From the NCBI GenBank assembly GCA_041669715.1, contig JBAYAP010000001.1:1-35558 (forward strand): DNA of 35,558 nt, given 5' to 3'. This DNA comes from Acholeplasmataceae bacterium. GTDB taxonomy: Bacteria; Bacillota_I; Bacilli_A; Acholeplasmatales; Acholeplasmataceae. The translations under genes were made by a program, and so were the position numbers. Shown here one piece after another: positions 16,686 through 26,616 of the stretch. The first letter of the stretch is position 1. Every line of letters starts with the position of its first letter. The notes beneath the pieces were generated by a model. The model saw only the letters and a list, made by a program, of their open reading frames with translations, ran no database searches and was not told where the DNA came from.

Positions 16686-17991
16686 GACTATCCTTCTTTC
16701 TGAAAACAAATTTTATAGGTGTCCCAGTAAAATCAATTGCTGCGCGAAATTGATTTTGTAAATACCGTTGATATGAAAAATGAATAAAATCCGGATTATT
16801 AACAAATATTAAAAACGTTGGCGGTTTAACTGAAACCTGAGTCATATAATTAAATGACGCTTTACCACCATTAAATATTGCTGGTGGATTCATCATTACT
16901 GAATCGACCAATAATTCATTTAAAATTCTTGTTTCTACTTGGTTATGATAATTTTCATAAGCTAAATTAAGTGCAGGAAAAATTGTTTGAATACGATCTT
17001 TATCTTTTGCTGAAACAAATACGATTTGTGCATAATCTAAAAACTTAAATTCTTCACGAATATCTTTTTCCATTTTACGCATCGTTTTTTCGTTTTTTTC
17101 AACAATATCCCATTTGTTTACAACAATAACCACAGCTTTATTAGCATCTAAAATATAACCGGCAACATGTTTATCTTGGTCAATAACACCTTCTGAACCA
17201 TCAATAATCAATAATGCCACATCGCTTCGTTCAATACCTGCAATCGCTCTTAAAACACTATATTTTTCAGCATTTTCATAAACACGACCACGTTTATTGA
17301 TACCTGCTGTATCAATAACAACATAATTTTTATGATCTTTTTTAAATGCTGTATCAATTGCATCTCTGGTTGTGCCTGAAATTTCACTAACAATAACACG
17401 TTCTTCTCCTAAAATAGCATTTGTAAGTGAAGATTTTCCAACATTTGGTCTTCCTATAATACAAAAATTAATCGTGTTTTCATCATACTCGACTTCATCT
17501 TCAGTCATATATGAAATAATTTTATCAGCTAAATCACCGGTACCTAAACCATGATGTGCTGAAATACCAATAGGTTCCCCAAAACCTAATGCATAAAATT
17601 CATAAATATTTTGCATTTGATTAACATCATCAATTTTATTAACAACTAAAATAACAGGTTTACTTTGTTGATATAACATTTTTGCAATATAAAAATCGGC
17701 ATCTGTTAATCCGACTTTTCCATCTACAATAAAAACAATAGTATCTGCTTCATCTATTGCAATTTGTGCTTGCGCTTTAATTTGACTTAAAAAAGGGGCA
17801 TCGCCAATGTCGATGCCACCTGTGTCAATAACCCTAAAGTTTTTAGTTAACCATTCAGCACGTCCATAAATTCGATCTCTTGTAATACCAGCTTGATCAT
17901 CAGTAATGGCATATCTTTCACCAACTAAACGATTAAAAAGACTAGATTTACCGACATTTGGACGCCCAACAATTGCTACTATATAAGGCAT
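16675..17991 (-). CDS. der: Ribosome biogenesis GTPase Der (EngA)
   Basis: Two GRPNVGKSS P-loops, DTGG/DTAG, NKID/NKWD, C-terminal KH-like domain. Confidence 0.97.
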   Translation of the reverse strand: MPYIVAIVGRPNVGKSSLFNRLVGERYAITDDQAGITRDRIYGRAEWLTKNFRVIDTGGIDIGDAPFLSQIKAQAQIAIDEADTIVFIVDGKVGLTDADFYIAKMLYQQSKPVILVVNKIDDVNQMQNIYEFYALGFGEPIGISAHHGLGTGDLADKIISYMTEDEVEYDENTINFCIIGRPNVGKSSLTNAILGEERVIVSEISGTTRDAIDTAFKKDHKNYVVIDTAGINKRGRVYENAEKYSVLRAIAGIERSDVALLIIDGSEGVIDQDKHVAGYILDANKAVVIVVNKWDIVEKNEKTMRKMEKDIREEFKFLDYAQIVFVSAKDKDRIQTIFPALNLAYENYHNQVETRILNELLVDSVMMNPPAIFNGGKASFNYMTQVSVKPPTFLIFVNNPDFIHFSYQRYLQNQFRAAIDFTGTPIKFVFRKKDSHEV

Positions 17992-18000
17992 AACCGTCAC

Positions 18001-19392
18001 CTATTTTTTAAATTCGTCTTCAAATAAATCTCCAATAGTTATATTGTCATTTTCTGAATCGGATTCTAAATATTTTTCATATGATGCACGTTCTTGTTTT
18101 TCAAGAACACGTCTAATTGATAATTTTAATACCCATTGATCATATTTAACTTCAGTGACAACAGCTTCAACTTCATCACCAATAGCAAAATAATCTTCAG
18201 GTTTTCCAATGTTTTCATTAGAAAGTTCTGATTGTGGGATTTCTCCAACAACACCTTGTACTTCAACTTCAAGACCATCATGGTTTACGCCTGTAATTTT
18301 AGCTTTTACAACTTCACCACGTTTAACAGTCACATTTTTCCAAGGATTATCTTCTAATACTTTTCTTGATAAAGCAATACGTTCTTTTTTAGGATCTAAT
18401 TGAATAATACCTAAAGAAACTTCTTCACCAATTTTAACTACACTATCGAAATTATCATTTGGATTCCATGAAAATTCATTTTTATGCAATAAGCCACGAA
18501 CATCTGGTGCAACTTCAATAATAAGACCAAATGGTAATTTTTGATTGACAGTACCAGTAACAGTGTCGCCAACTTTATAAGCATCATAGAATAATTCATA
18601 TGGTGTTTTAAGTAAAGCTTTCATTGATAAATCAAGACGATTGCCTTCTTTTTTAATAACTTTAACTTCAATGTCTTGTCCAAGTGATAATATATCATCA
18701 ATCTTATCAATTCTATGATGACTTACTTGAGAAATTCTTAATAGACCTACAACATTTTCAAAACGAATGGTAGCTGCATGTTTTTCAATTTTATCAACTT
18801 TACCTTTTAATACATCACCTGTATTAATTGTTTCTAGTTCTGTTTGTCTCAATTTTAATCTTTCTTCGTAAGCTTCTTGTCTGGCTTTTTCAAATATTTC
18901 TTTTCTAGAAGCTACAATTCTTTTAGATCTACCTTTTTGAGTTGCTTCAATAATTTGAATATCTAGTGTTTTACCTCTAAGATTTTCTTTGTCATTTAAT
19001 AATTCAAAATCTAAAAGACTATAAGGTAAAAATACTTCTTGTCCAAGGTATCCTAAGATTAAACCTTTTTCAGCAACTGTTTTTACTCTAGCTTTAACAA
19101 TTTCTTTTGTTTCTACTACTTTTTTTACATCTTCAAATTTTTCTTCTAAAAGTAAAGGTAAACGAGACAATAATATTTGTGCGGGTTCATCTGTAATTTT
19201 TTGTACCTTTGCTCTAATGACATCGCCTTCTTTGACTAAACCTAAAAAAGTATCAGGCGCAGGTCTGTCATAGTTATCTAGATGTATTTTACCTTCAGTC
19301 ATATACTGAACATCTAAATAAATTGTATTTTCTTCAACTTTGACGATAGTACCTTCGACGATTTGGCCTACCTTCAACATTTTAATCTCCAT
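18001..19392 (-). CDS. rpsA: 30S ribosomal protein S1
   Basis: Five S1 repeats (e.g. GLLRISQVS, GLLHKNEFSW); cmk-rpsA-der synteny; ATG 19392 after AAGGAG. Confidence 0.92.
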   Translation of the reverse strand: MEIKMLKVGQIVEGTIVKVEENTIYLDVQYMTEGKIHLDNYDRPAPDTFLGLVKEGDVIRAKVQKITDEPAQILLSRLPLLLEEKFEDVKKVVETKEIVKARVKTVAEKGLILGYLGQEVFLPYSLLDFELLNDKENLRGKTLDIQIIEATQKGRSKRIVASRKEIFEKARQEAYEERLKLRQTELETINTGDVLKGKVDKIEKHAATIRFENVVGLLRISQVSHHRIDKIDDILSLGQDIEVKVIKKEGNRLDLSMKALLKTPYELFYDAYKVGDTVTGTVNQKLPFGLIIEVAPDVRGLLHKNEFSWNPNDNFDSVVKIGEEVSLGIIQLDPKKERIALSRKVLEDNPWKNVTVKRGEVVKAKITGVNHDGLEVEVQGVVGEIPQSELSNENIGKPEDYFAIGDEVEAVVTEVKYDQWVLKLSIRRVLEKQERASYEKYLESDSENDNITIGDLFEDEFKK

Positions 19393-19440
19393 GTTAAATC
19401 TCCTTTTTTGCACTAAACTCTATATTTGCTAGTTATACTA

Positions 19441-20100
19441 CTAGTTTAAGACGTTTTTTGGTATTTTTGTAATAATAGCTTCGACTACTTGATCAATACT
19501 TAAATGTGTTGTATCAAGTTCAATTGCATCATCCGCTTTTTTTAATGGTGATTCTTTTCTTGTGGAATCTTTAATATCTCTAATTTCAATATCTTCAATC
19601 ACTTGATTCATATTTGCTGATTTACCTTTTGTGACTGTTTCTTGATATCTTCGTTTTGCTCGTTCTACTAAATGAGCTGTTAGAAATATTTTTAAATCTG
19701 CGTTTGGTATAACTACAGTTCCAATATCTCTACCATCCATGATGATATTACCTTCACTTGCCGCTTTTTGCTGCAAATCCACCATCATTTTTCTAACATA
19801 CGGAAAACTTGATACCAATGACACATTTTGAGTAACTTCGTTTTTCCTTATGTCATTTGTGACATCTCGTTGGTTAATATAGATTTTATGATTATCATAA
19901 TGTACATGTATGGTTTCTAAAAAAAGATACGAAGATTCTTGGTTAAGGTCTACCCCTAACTCAATAGCTTCTAAAGTAACGGCTCTGTACATTGCACCCG
20001 TATCAATATGTGTCCATTTTAACTTTTCAGCAATAAGTTTGCTTATCGTTGACTTGCCTGATCCTGCCGGTCCATCGATTGCTAATTTAAATCCAGACAT
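19441..20100 (-). CDS. cmk: Cytidylate kinase
   Basis: AIDGPAGSGKST, DTGAMYR, DGRDIGT, RDIKDSTR. Confidence 0.97.
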   Translation of the reverse strand: MSGFKLAIDGPAGSGKSTISKLIAEKLKWTHIDTGAMYRAVTLEAIELGVDLNQESSYLFLETIHVHYDNHKIYINQRDVTNDIRKNEVTQNVSLVSSFPYVRKMMVDLQQKAASEGNIIMDGRDIGTVVIPNADLKIFLTAHLVERAKRRYQETVTKGKSANMNQVIEDIEIRDIKDSTRKESPLKKADDAIELDTTHLSIDQVVEAIITKIPKNVLN

Positions 20101-20121
20101 GAGATTCCTCCATACGTATTA

Positions 20122-20130
20122 ATTATAACA
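20122..20130 (-). promoter_or_regulatory. Extended -10 promoter of cmk (TGTTATAAT)
   Basis: TGnTATAAT upstream of RBS GAGGAG. Confidence 0.55.
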
Positions 20131-20158
20131 TAGAATTAATGATTTTAAAGCATAAATA

Positions 20159-20890
20159 TCATGATTTTATCTGTGCATGTCCATATAATTGCTTAATTTC
20201 ATGGATCTTTAATTCACGATATGATCCTCTTTCAACACCATCTATAGTTAAAAAATCATAACGAACTCTTGTAAGATTTTTTACTTCGTGATTTAATGCT
20301 TCAAATAAGCGTCTTATTTCACGATTTCGACCTTCAGTTAAAACAATTGCTAATAACGATGATTGATTAACTTTATCTAACTCTAATAAATGTACATACT
20401 TAGGTTTTAATAATACTTGATCAATTTTTAAACCTTTTCGTAATTGAACAACTTCTTTTCGAATAACAATACCCTTAACACGTACTAAATACTCTTTTTC
20501 AACTTCATACTTTGGATGAGTTAACCGATATGTTAAATCTCCATCATTTGTTAATAAAATCAATCCAGCACTATCAAAATCAAGACGACCAACTGGATAA
20601 ACACGTTTATCCTTGTCCTCTTGATCAAGAAAATCAATAACTGTTTTTCTTCCTTTATCATCTTTTGCCGTTGACAAACAACCCGTTGGTTTATTCATTA
20701 AATAATAAACTTTTTGAGCTTGATTAATGCTTTGTCCATCAACAACAATATTATCATTTTTTGATACTTTATATCCTAATGTCTTAATGATTTCTCCGTT
20801 AACAGATACTCTGCCTTCCAAAATCATTTCTTCTGATTTTCGTCTTGATGCTATATTAGCATTAGCTAAAACTTTTTGTAATCGTTCCAT
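20159..20890 (-). CDS. rluB: rRNA pseudouridine synthase, RluB/RsuA family
   Basis: S4 domain ERLQKVLA..SRRK; catalytic VGRLDFDSAGL; EGRNREIRR. Confidence 0.9.
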   Translation of the reverse strand: MERLQKVLANANIASRRKSEEMILEGRVSVNGEIIKTLGYKVSKNDNIVVDGQSINQAQKVYYLMNKPTGCLSTAKDDKGRKTVIDFLDQEDKDKRVYPVGRLDFDSAGLILLTNDGDLTYRLTHPKYEVEKEYLVRVKGIVIRKEVVQLRKGLKIDQVLLKPKYVHLLELDKVNQSSLLAIVLTEGRNREIRRLFEALNHEVKNLTRVRYDFLTIDGVERGSYRELKIHEIKQLYGHAQIKS

Positions 20891-20907
20891 GTTTTATCAC
20901 CATTCAT

Positions 20908-20916
20908 ATTATAGCA
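20908..20916 (-). promoter_or_regulatory. Extended -10 promoter of rluB (TGCTATAAT)
   Basis: TGnTATAAT upstream of RBS GGTGA. Confidence 0.55.
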
Positions 20917-20965
20917 TACTCATTTAATTATTTTATAGATAGAATAGTAAAATATATATTTTATT

Positions 20966-20974
20966 TGATATAAT
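20966..20974 (+). promoter_or_regulatory. Extended -10 promoter of the GntR pair (TGATATAAT)
   Basis: TGnTATAAT upstream of RBS GGAGG. Confidence 0.55.
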
Positions 20975-20991
20975 AATATATGGAGGCTACT

Positions 20992-21717
20992 ATGGATTAT
21001 ATCGTAATTGACAAAACATCTAAAATTCCTTTATACATTCAAATATCCGATTCTATTAGACACCATATTAATCTTGGTATTTTAGAACATGGTACACAAT
21101 TACTTACAGAAACAAGTGTTTGTAATATTTTTGAAATAAGTGCTATTGTCGTTAAAAAAGCTTATGATGATTTAGTAAAAAAAGGTCTCGTTAAACGTAT
21201 TAGAGGCAAAGGCACATTTGTGACAACTTTAAAACCTCAAGTTATTGATTTATCTGGAGGCTTAATTTCAATCACAAGATATCTAATGAATACAAAACGC
21301 TCTGTTATTTCATTTGAAAAAACAAATCATCATGCATTAAACGATATTGTTGATTTAGCTGAAAATGAAAATATATACATTGTTAAAACCATTACCTTAT
21401 TTAATGAGCGTCCTTTTATGTATCAACTTATCGTTCTTCCTGAAAAATATTTCCCTAATTTACAAAAAGAAGACATAAGACATATGCAAATGATTGATCT
21501 TGTGTTTAAAAAATATCAACTTGATTCTAAAAAATTAATTCAATCCTATCGGCCAATAAATCTAAATGCTGATATTTCATTATTATTAAACATTCAAAAA
21601 AATTCACCAGGTCATTACATTAGAAGTTACATTGAAGACAGCAATCATCATAAGCTCATAAACTTTTCAATTTATGTAAGTGCTGAACTTTTCGAATTTG
21701 AGGTGACTGTTAAATGA
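20992..21717 (+). CDS. GntR-family regulator, HutC/UTRA type
   Basis: PLYIQI..I..GIL..G..L.TE..VKKAYDDLVKKGLVKRIRGKGTFV plus UTRA-like C-terminus; ATG 20992 after GGAGG. Confidence 0.88.
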   Translation: MDYIVIDKTSKIPLYIQISDSIRHHINLGILEHGTQLLTETSVCNIFEISAIVVKKAYDDLVKKGLVKRIRGKGTFVTTLKPQVIDLSGGLISITRYLMNTKRSVISFEKTNHHALNDIVDLAENENIYIVKTITLFNERPFMYQLIVLPEKYFPNLQKEDIRHMQMIDLVFKKYQLDSKKLIQSYRPINLNADISLLLNIQKNSPGHYIRSYIEDSNHHKLINFSIYVSAELFEFEVTVK

Positions 21718-22457
21718 TATTGCTTGATTTAATTAAAATAGATAAACGTTTTAACAGCCATAAATCTGATCAAATATTTATGGCCATTTTGGATTTAATT
21801 AAAAATAAAGTCATAAAAAATTGTGACATATTGCCAAATCCCGCTGATTTAGCAAATCACTTAAATCTTTGTGTCTGTCATGTTGAAGAAGCTTATAAAT
21901 TATTAGCTGAGTATCACTACATTAAAAAAGAAAATGAAAACTATATTATCTATAATTTTGAAATTAATAGTAATTTATTTACACATCATGGTGATTTAGA
22001 AGAAACTATTATTAGCGCTGGAAAAACACCATCAACTCAATTGTTGTATGCTAAAAATTTTAAAACTGATGAAAAATTTTATGAACAATCTAAATATGAA
22101 AAAAACGAACAAATATTTGAAATCAAACATTTATTTTGTGGCGATGGTATTCCGGTTTTTATAGTGTATACCTATATATCACTTACTAGATTTCCTGACT
22201 TTAAAGAAATATTTATTGATACTCCACCTTTTTCTGAAGCATTTAATGCTCATTACAATTTTATAGATGTTCATTCTTTAAGACATATTAAAGTAATTCC
22301 AATGCCGCAGAAAGAATCAAAACTACTTAATGAACTCCCTGGTACTGCTGTTTATATGGGTGCATGTTATTTTTATGATGAAAATGAAAAACAAGTTGGT
22401 TATTTAGAAATCATTACAAGTAGTCATTTTTCATTTACATTTGATATTCCTATATAA
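21714..22457 (+). CDS. Divergent GntR/UTRA paralog with degenerate wHTH
   Basis: Same length and architecture (DQI..I..ILP..DLA..L....VEEAY.LL; UTRA-like GDGIPVF, LLNELPGTAV); ATGA overlap with the first gene. Confidence 0.75.
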   Translation: MILLDLIKIDKRFNSHKSDQIFMAILDLIKNKVIKNCDILPNPADLANHLNLCVCHVEEAYKLLAEYHYIKKENENYIIYNFEINSNLFTHHGDLEETIISAGKTPSTQLLYAKNFKTDEKFYEQSKYEKNEQIFEIKHLFCGDGIPVFIVYTYISLTRFPDFKEIFIDTPPFSEAFNAHYNFIDVHSLRHIKVIPMPQKESKLLNELPGTAVYMGACYFYDENEKQVGYLEIITSSHFSFTFDIPI

Positions 22458-22491
22458 AAAAAACAATTCTTAAATTTAGAATTGTTTTTTT
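22457..22491. terminator. Bidirectional intrinsic terminator
   Basis: AAAAAAACAATTCT-7 nt-AGAATTGTTTTTTT between convergent GntR and efp. Confidence 0.85.
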
Positions 22492-22513
22492 AAATTCATA
22501 TTTTAATTTTATA

Positions 22514-23077
22514 TTATTTATCTCTTGAAACGTAAGATCCATCATTGGTATTAACAATGATTTTTTCGCCTTCTTCAATAAACATCGGTACTTTCACAAG
22601 TACACCTGTTTGCATAATAGCATCTTTAAGTGCATTTGTTTTTGTATCACCTTTAACACCTGGCACTGTTTCTACAACTTCTAAAACAACTTTATCTGGT
22701 AAATTAATACCTAAAATTTCTCGTCCATTATAAAACATAACATCAACATTCATACCTTCAAAAATAAATTTTAATTCATTTTCGATTTGAAATTTTTGAA
22801 TATCAATTTGTTCAAATGTATCACTATTCATAAATACATGTGAATCACCATTTGCATATAAATATTGCATAGATACTTTATCAATTTGAGCGCGTTCAAT
22901 TTTTGTGCCTGCATTAAATGTATAATCAATGACAGCACCTGTTCTTAAATTTCTAAGTTTTGTTCTAACGAAAGCACTACCTTTACCTGGTTTAACATGC
23001 ATAAATTCAATCACTTGAAAAATATTTCCGTCAAATGCAATCGTTTGTCCTGTTTTAAATTCGTTTGTACTAATCAT
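22514..23077 (-). CDS. efp: Elongation factor P
   Basis: [30 protein letters not shown]. Confidence 0.97.
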   Translation of the reverse strand: MISTNEFKTGQTIAFDGNIFQVIEFMHVKPGKGSAFVRTKLRNLRTGAVIDYTFNAGTKIERAQIDKVSMQYLYANGDSHVFMNSDTFEQIDIQKFQIENELKFIFEGMNVDVMFYNGREILGINLPDKVVLEVVETVPGVKGDTKTNALKDAIMQTGVLVKVPMFIEEGEKIIVNTNDGSYVSRDK

Positions 23078-23130
23078 TTTAATAACTCCTCATATTTTTT
23101 TCCGTGTTTATTATACATGAATACTTAGCT

Positions 23131-23559
23131 TTAAGCAATCAAATCAAGTAAGTATGCAATAGCTTGAATATAACTATCTATTTGTTTACCCATAAATCTA
23201 GCATTTACAACATCTTTAATATAATCAATTTTACGAAAATCTTCACGTTGATCAATATCAGATAAATGCACTTCAACTTTTGGCAATTGAACCATTTCTA
23301 ATGCATCTCTTATAGCAATACTTGTATGTGTATATGCACCCGGATTAATTAAGATACCATCATAGGGTGTTTGAAAAGTATCTTGAATCACTTCAATAAT
23401 TTCACCTTCATAATTGCTTTGAAAAAAAGTAAAATCAACATCTTGAAACTCTTCAGAGATTGTATCATATAAATCTTCTAATGACATGGAACCATATTGA
23501 ACTTTATCTCTAAAGCCTAACATATTTAAATTTGGTCCATGAATAACTAATATGTTCAT
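23131..23559 (-). CDS. aroQ: Type II 3-dehydroquinate dehydratase
   Basis: GPNLNMLG.R...YG, QSNYEG, INPGAYTHTSIAIRDA, EVHLS. Confidence 0.96.
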   Translation of the reverse strand: MNILVIHGPNLNMLGFRDKVQYGSMSLEDLYDTISEEFQDVDFTFFQSNYEGEIIEVIQDTFQTPYDGILINPGAYTHTSIAIRDALEMVQLPKVEVHLSDIDQREDFRKIDYIKDVVNARFMGKQIDSYIQAIAYLLDLIA

Positions 23560-24047
23560 TTGTATTCCTCATTATTAATATAGTTTAAAATCACTTTAAG
23601 CGTTTGATCTGTATCATAGTTATTAGATACAACAGCATCTGCAAAATCTTGATATTTTAAATATCTTTCATCAAAGAGTTGTTCTAAAGTTTTATGTTTT
23701 AGCAAAGGTCTTTGATAATCTTGTTCTAATCGTTTTTTTATGATTTCAATATCAGTATCTAAATATATTTTAACACCTTGCATCAATGCCTTATTGCTTT
23801 TTTGTGTCACAATACCACCACCGCAAGCAATAACCGAATCATCTTCATTACAATTTTCTAATGCTTGAGTTTCAAGTTCTCTAAATTTTTTCTCTCCATA
23901 TGTTTCAAATATTTCTTCAATAAACATCAAAGCATCTTTTTCAATCATCCCATCAAGATCAATATATTTATAGTTTAGAGCTTTCGCTAATTTTAATGCA
24001 ACTGTTGTTTTTCCTGAACCAGGCATACCTATTATAAATATTCTCAT
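23556..24047 (-). CDS. aroK: Shikimate kinase
   Basis: GMPGSGKTT, DLD, FRELE, ACGGG, RPLL. Confidence 0.95.
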   Translation of the reverse strand: MRIFIIGMPGSGKTTVALKLAKALNYKYIDLDGMIEKDALMFIEEIFETYGEKKFRELETQALENCNEDDSVIACGGGIVTQKSNKALMQGVKIYLDTDIEIIKKRLEQDYQRPLLKHKTLEQLFDERYLKYQDFADAVVSNNYDTDQTLKVILNYINNEEYK

Positions 24048-24922
24048 TTGTTTACTCCTTTTAAAAAGTTTTTAACTATTTGATATGCTTCATCAAATAG
24101 TGTATCGCTTAATGCATCAAGTATCATTGGATTCATTTGATTTTTAAACCATGTTTTTTGTTTTTTAGCAAGCATTTTAGATTTATGTATAATTTCAATT
24201 TTAGCTTCATCAAATGATATTTCATTATTTAAATATGCATATAATTCCTTATACCCAATGGCATTTATATAAATACCATCTTCTTTAAGTGATTTAACTT
24301 CATCAAGAAAACCTTGTTGTAATTGAATATCTAATCTTTTTTGAAGTCTCTCTTCTAATACTTTTCTATCTAAATCTAAATATAAAATAAGACCATCATA
24401 TAAAATTTCATCTTTAAGCTTCTTATCAGAACGTAAATATCCAAGTTGTGCTTGTTCTAAAGCACGAAGTACTCTTCTTCTGTTTTTAGCATCTACTTTT
24501 ATAAGGGGATCTAATGATTTTAACATTTCATATAAAACATTTGTTTCATATATTTCATGTTTCAATTCAAATTCGGGATCTCGTCCAATTTCTTCAAACT
24601 CATAATGATAAAGAGCTGCTTTAATATACAAACCTGTACCACCAACAATCAAAGGAAAATCAATATTATCTAAATATTTTCTAACATCATGCTGAAATTC
24701 ATAAACAGAGTATTGATCTTTTGGATTAACAAAATCAATTAAATGATGAGGAACACCTTGTTTTTCTTTTTCAGCAATTTTTGCTGATCCGATATTTAAG
24801 CGTTGATATACTTGTACAGAATCACCATTAATGATTTCCATATTAAATGCTTTTGCTAATTTAATTGATAAAGCAGTTTTCCCTGAACCTGTAGGTCCAA
24901 CAATGACAACAACTTTTTTCAT
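24044..24922 (-). CDS. miaA: tRNA dimethylallyltransferase
   Basis: GPTGSGKT, DSVQVY..L.IGSAK, VPHHLID, VGGTGLY, AIGYKE, KKQKTWF. Confidence 0.96.
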   Translation of the reverse strand: MKKVVVIVGPTGSGKTALSIKLAKAFNMEIINGDSVQVYQRLNIGSAKIAEKEKQGVPHHLIDFVNPKDQYSVYEFQHDVRKYLDNIDFPLIVGGTGLYIKAALYHYEFEEIGRDPEFELKHEIYETNVLYEMLKSLDPLIKVDAKNRRRVLRALEQAQLGYLRSDKKLKDEILYDGLILYLDLDRKVLEERLQKRLDIQLQQGFLDEVKSLKEDGIYINAIGYKELYAYLNNEISFDEAKIEIIHKSKMLAKKQKTWFKNQMNPMILDALSDTLFDEAYQIVKNFLKGVNK

Positions 24923-26607
24923 GACACAATACGTTTGAACATGCGTTCAATTTCATAATGTGTAAGCTTAATTAATGTGGGTCTACCATGAGGACATGTA
25001 TATGGATTTTTACATGTTTTTAAATCTAGAATAATCTTTTGAACTTCTTGACGTGAAATATAATGGTTTGCCTTGATGGCACCTTTACAACTCACATCTT
25101 TAGCAAGTGCATCTCTTAATGTTTTTAAATCAATTTGATTTGTGTCAATAAGCATATGATATAAAGATTCAATTGCAATATCAATTTCATCATCTCTAAG
25201 CCATGTTGGTGTTGAAATCAATTGATCTTTAGAAAATGTAAAGCCATATGTTTTAAGTATATCTTGATATGTTAACAATTGTTTGATTTGATCATTTGAT
25301 AAATTCATTTCATACGGAATAAGTCGTTCTTGAATTGCAAAATTAGGATTACCTAATGATTCATAATAATGTTCATAACGTATGCGTTCAGCAGCGGCAT
25401 GTTGATCCATTAAATATAATCCTTCATCATTTTGAAATAATATATAAGTTCCTGCAAATATACCAACATATTCTAAATATGGTAATTTTTCTGGGCTTTT
25501 TATCGTATCTTTACTAATAATTGGTTCAAATAACGGTTCTTCGATTAATAAAGAAGCTCTTTCAAACTTTTCTTGTTTCCAATCTTTTTTAATTTGACTT
25601 AAATTTTCTTGAATTGGATGTATACTTTCTTCTAAAGTCTTTTTAATAAGATTTTCAAGTTCAAAAGCTAAAAGTGATTCATTAATAAATTTAACTTCAT
25701 ATTTTTGCGGATGAACATTCACATCTAATAAACTTGGATCCATTTGAATATCAATTACAGCAATCGGATATTTACCTATCATTAAAAACGAATGATATCC
25801 ATCAATAACTGCTTGTGTTAATCGATAATTTTTAATATACCGATGATTGATAAAAATAGATATATCTTTCTTCTTTGATCTAACAATTTGTGGGGAGATT
25901 AAATATACTTTCATTTCAATATGAGAAAAGTTATATGTTTTAATCATCATACCTTTTGTTAATTGTTTGCCATAAATTTGATCAATTAATTGATAAAAGT
26001 TATTTTGTCCATAGGTTTCTTTATAAAGTTTATCATCAAAATATAATTGAAAATATACATCGGGATTTGCTAATGCAAGACGATCAAAAATATCTGTAAT
26101 CGCATATTTTTCAGTAAATTCGGATTTAATGTACTTAAATCTTGCTGGTGTATTATAAAACAGGCTTGAAACTTCTATATGAGTACCTGTATTCATAGCA
26201 ACATCAGATGTTTGTACAAAATGTCCACCTTCAAATATAACTTCAGTACCTTTATTATTTTCTGTTTTTGTACGAAGCATCACTTTAGAAACGGCACTAA
26301 TAGCAGCTAATGCTTCACCACGAAAACCAAGTGTATGAATGTGGGATAAATCAGTTTCTGTTTTAATTTTACTAGTTGCATATCTCTCAAAAGCAAGTAT
26401 TGAATCACTTGGATCCATACCACACCCATTATCAATGACAGTCATTTTTTCCATACCAAAACCTTCGACTTTAATCGTAATTTTATTTGCTTTGGCATCA
26501 AGCGCATTTTCAACTAATTCTTTAATAACAGAACTTGGTCGATCAATAACTTCACCAGCAGCAATCATATTTGAAAGTTTATGGTCCATTTTTTTAATGA
26601 CAGACAT
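24919..26607 (-). CDS. mutL: DNA mismatch repair endonuclease MutL
   Basis: IAAGEVI, GFRGEAL, DVNVHP, endonuclease motif DQHAAAER, SCK, CPHGRP. Confidence 0.97.
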   Translation of the reverse strand: MSVIKKMDHKLSNMIAAGEVIDRPSSVIKELVENALDAKANKITIKVEGFGMEKMTVIDNGCGMDPSDSILAFERYATSKIKTETDLSHIHTLGFRGEALAAISAVSKVMLRTKTENNKGTEVIFEGGHFVQTSDVAMNTGTHIEVSSLFYNTPARFKYIKSEFTEKYAITDIFDRLALANPDVYFQLYFDDKLYKETYGQNNFYQLIDQIYGKQLTKGMMIKTYNFSHIEMKVYLISPQIVRSKKKDISIFINHRYIKNYRLTQAVIDGYHSFLMIGKYPIAVIDIQMDPSLLDVNVHPQKYEVKFINESLLAFELENLIKKTLEESIHPIQENLSQIKKDWKQEKFERASLLIEEPLFEPIISKDTIKSPEKLPYLEYVGIFAGTYILFQNDEGLYLMDQHAAAERIRYEHYYESLGNPNFAIQERLIPYEMNLSNDQIKQLLTYQDILKTYGFTFSKDQLISTPTWLRDDEIDIAIESLYHMLIDTNQIDLKTLRDALAKDVSCKGAIKANHYISRQEVQKIILDLKTCKNPYTCPHGRPTLIKLTHYEIERMFKRIVS

Positions 26608-26616
26608 TTAATTCAC

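Noticed and set aside
15910-22733. + strand ORFs at 15910, 17372, 18209, 19910, 20727 and 22545
   Set aside because: Antisense shadows of gpsA, der, rpsA, cmk, rluB and efp with typical S/T/P/I-rich composition
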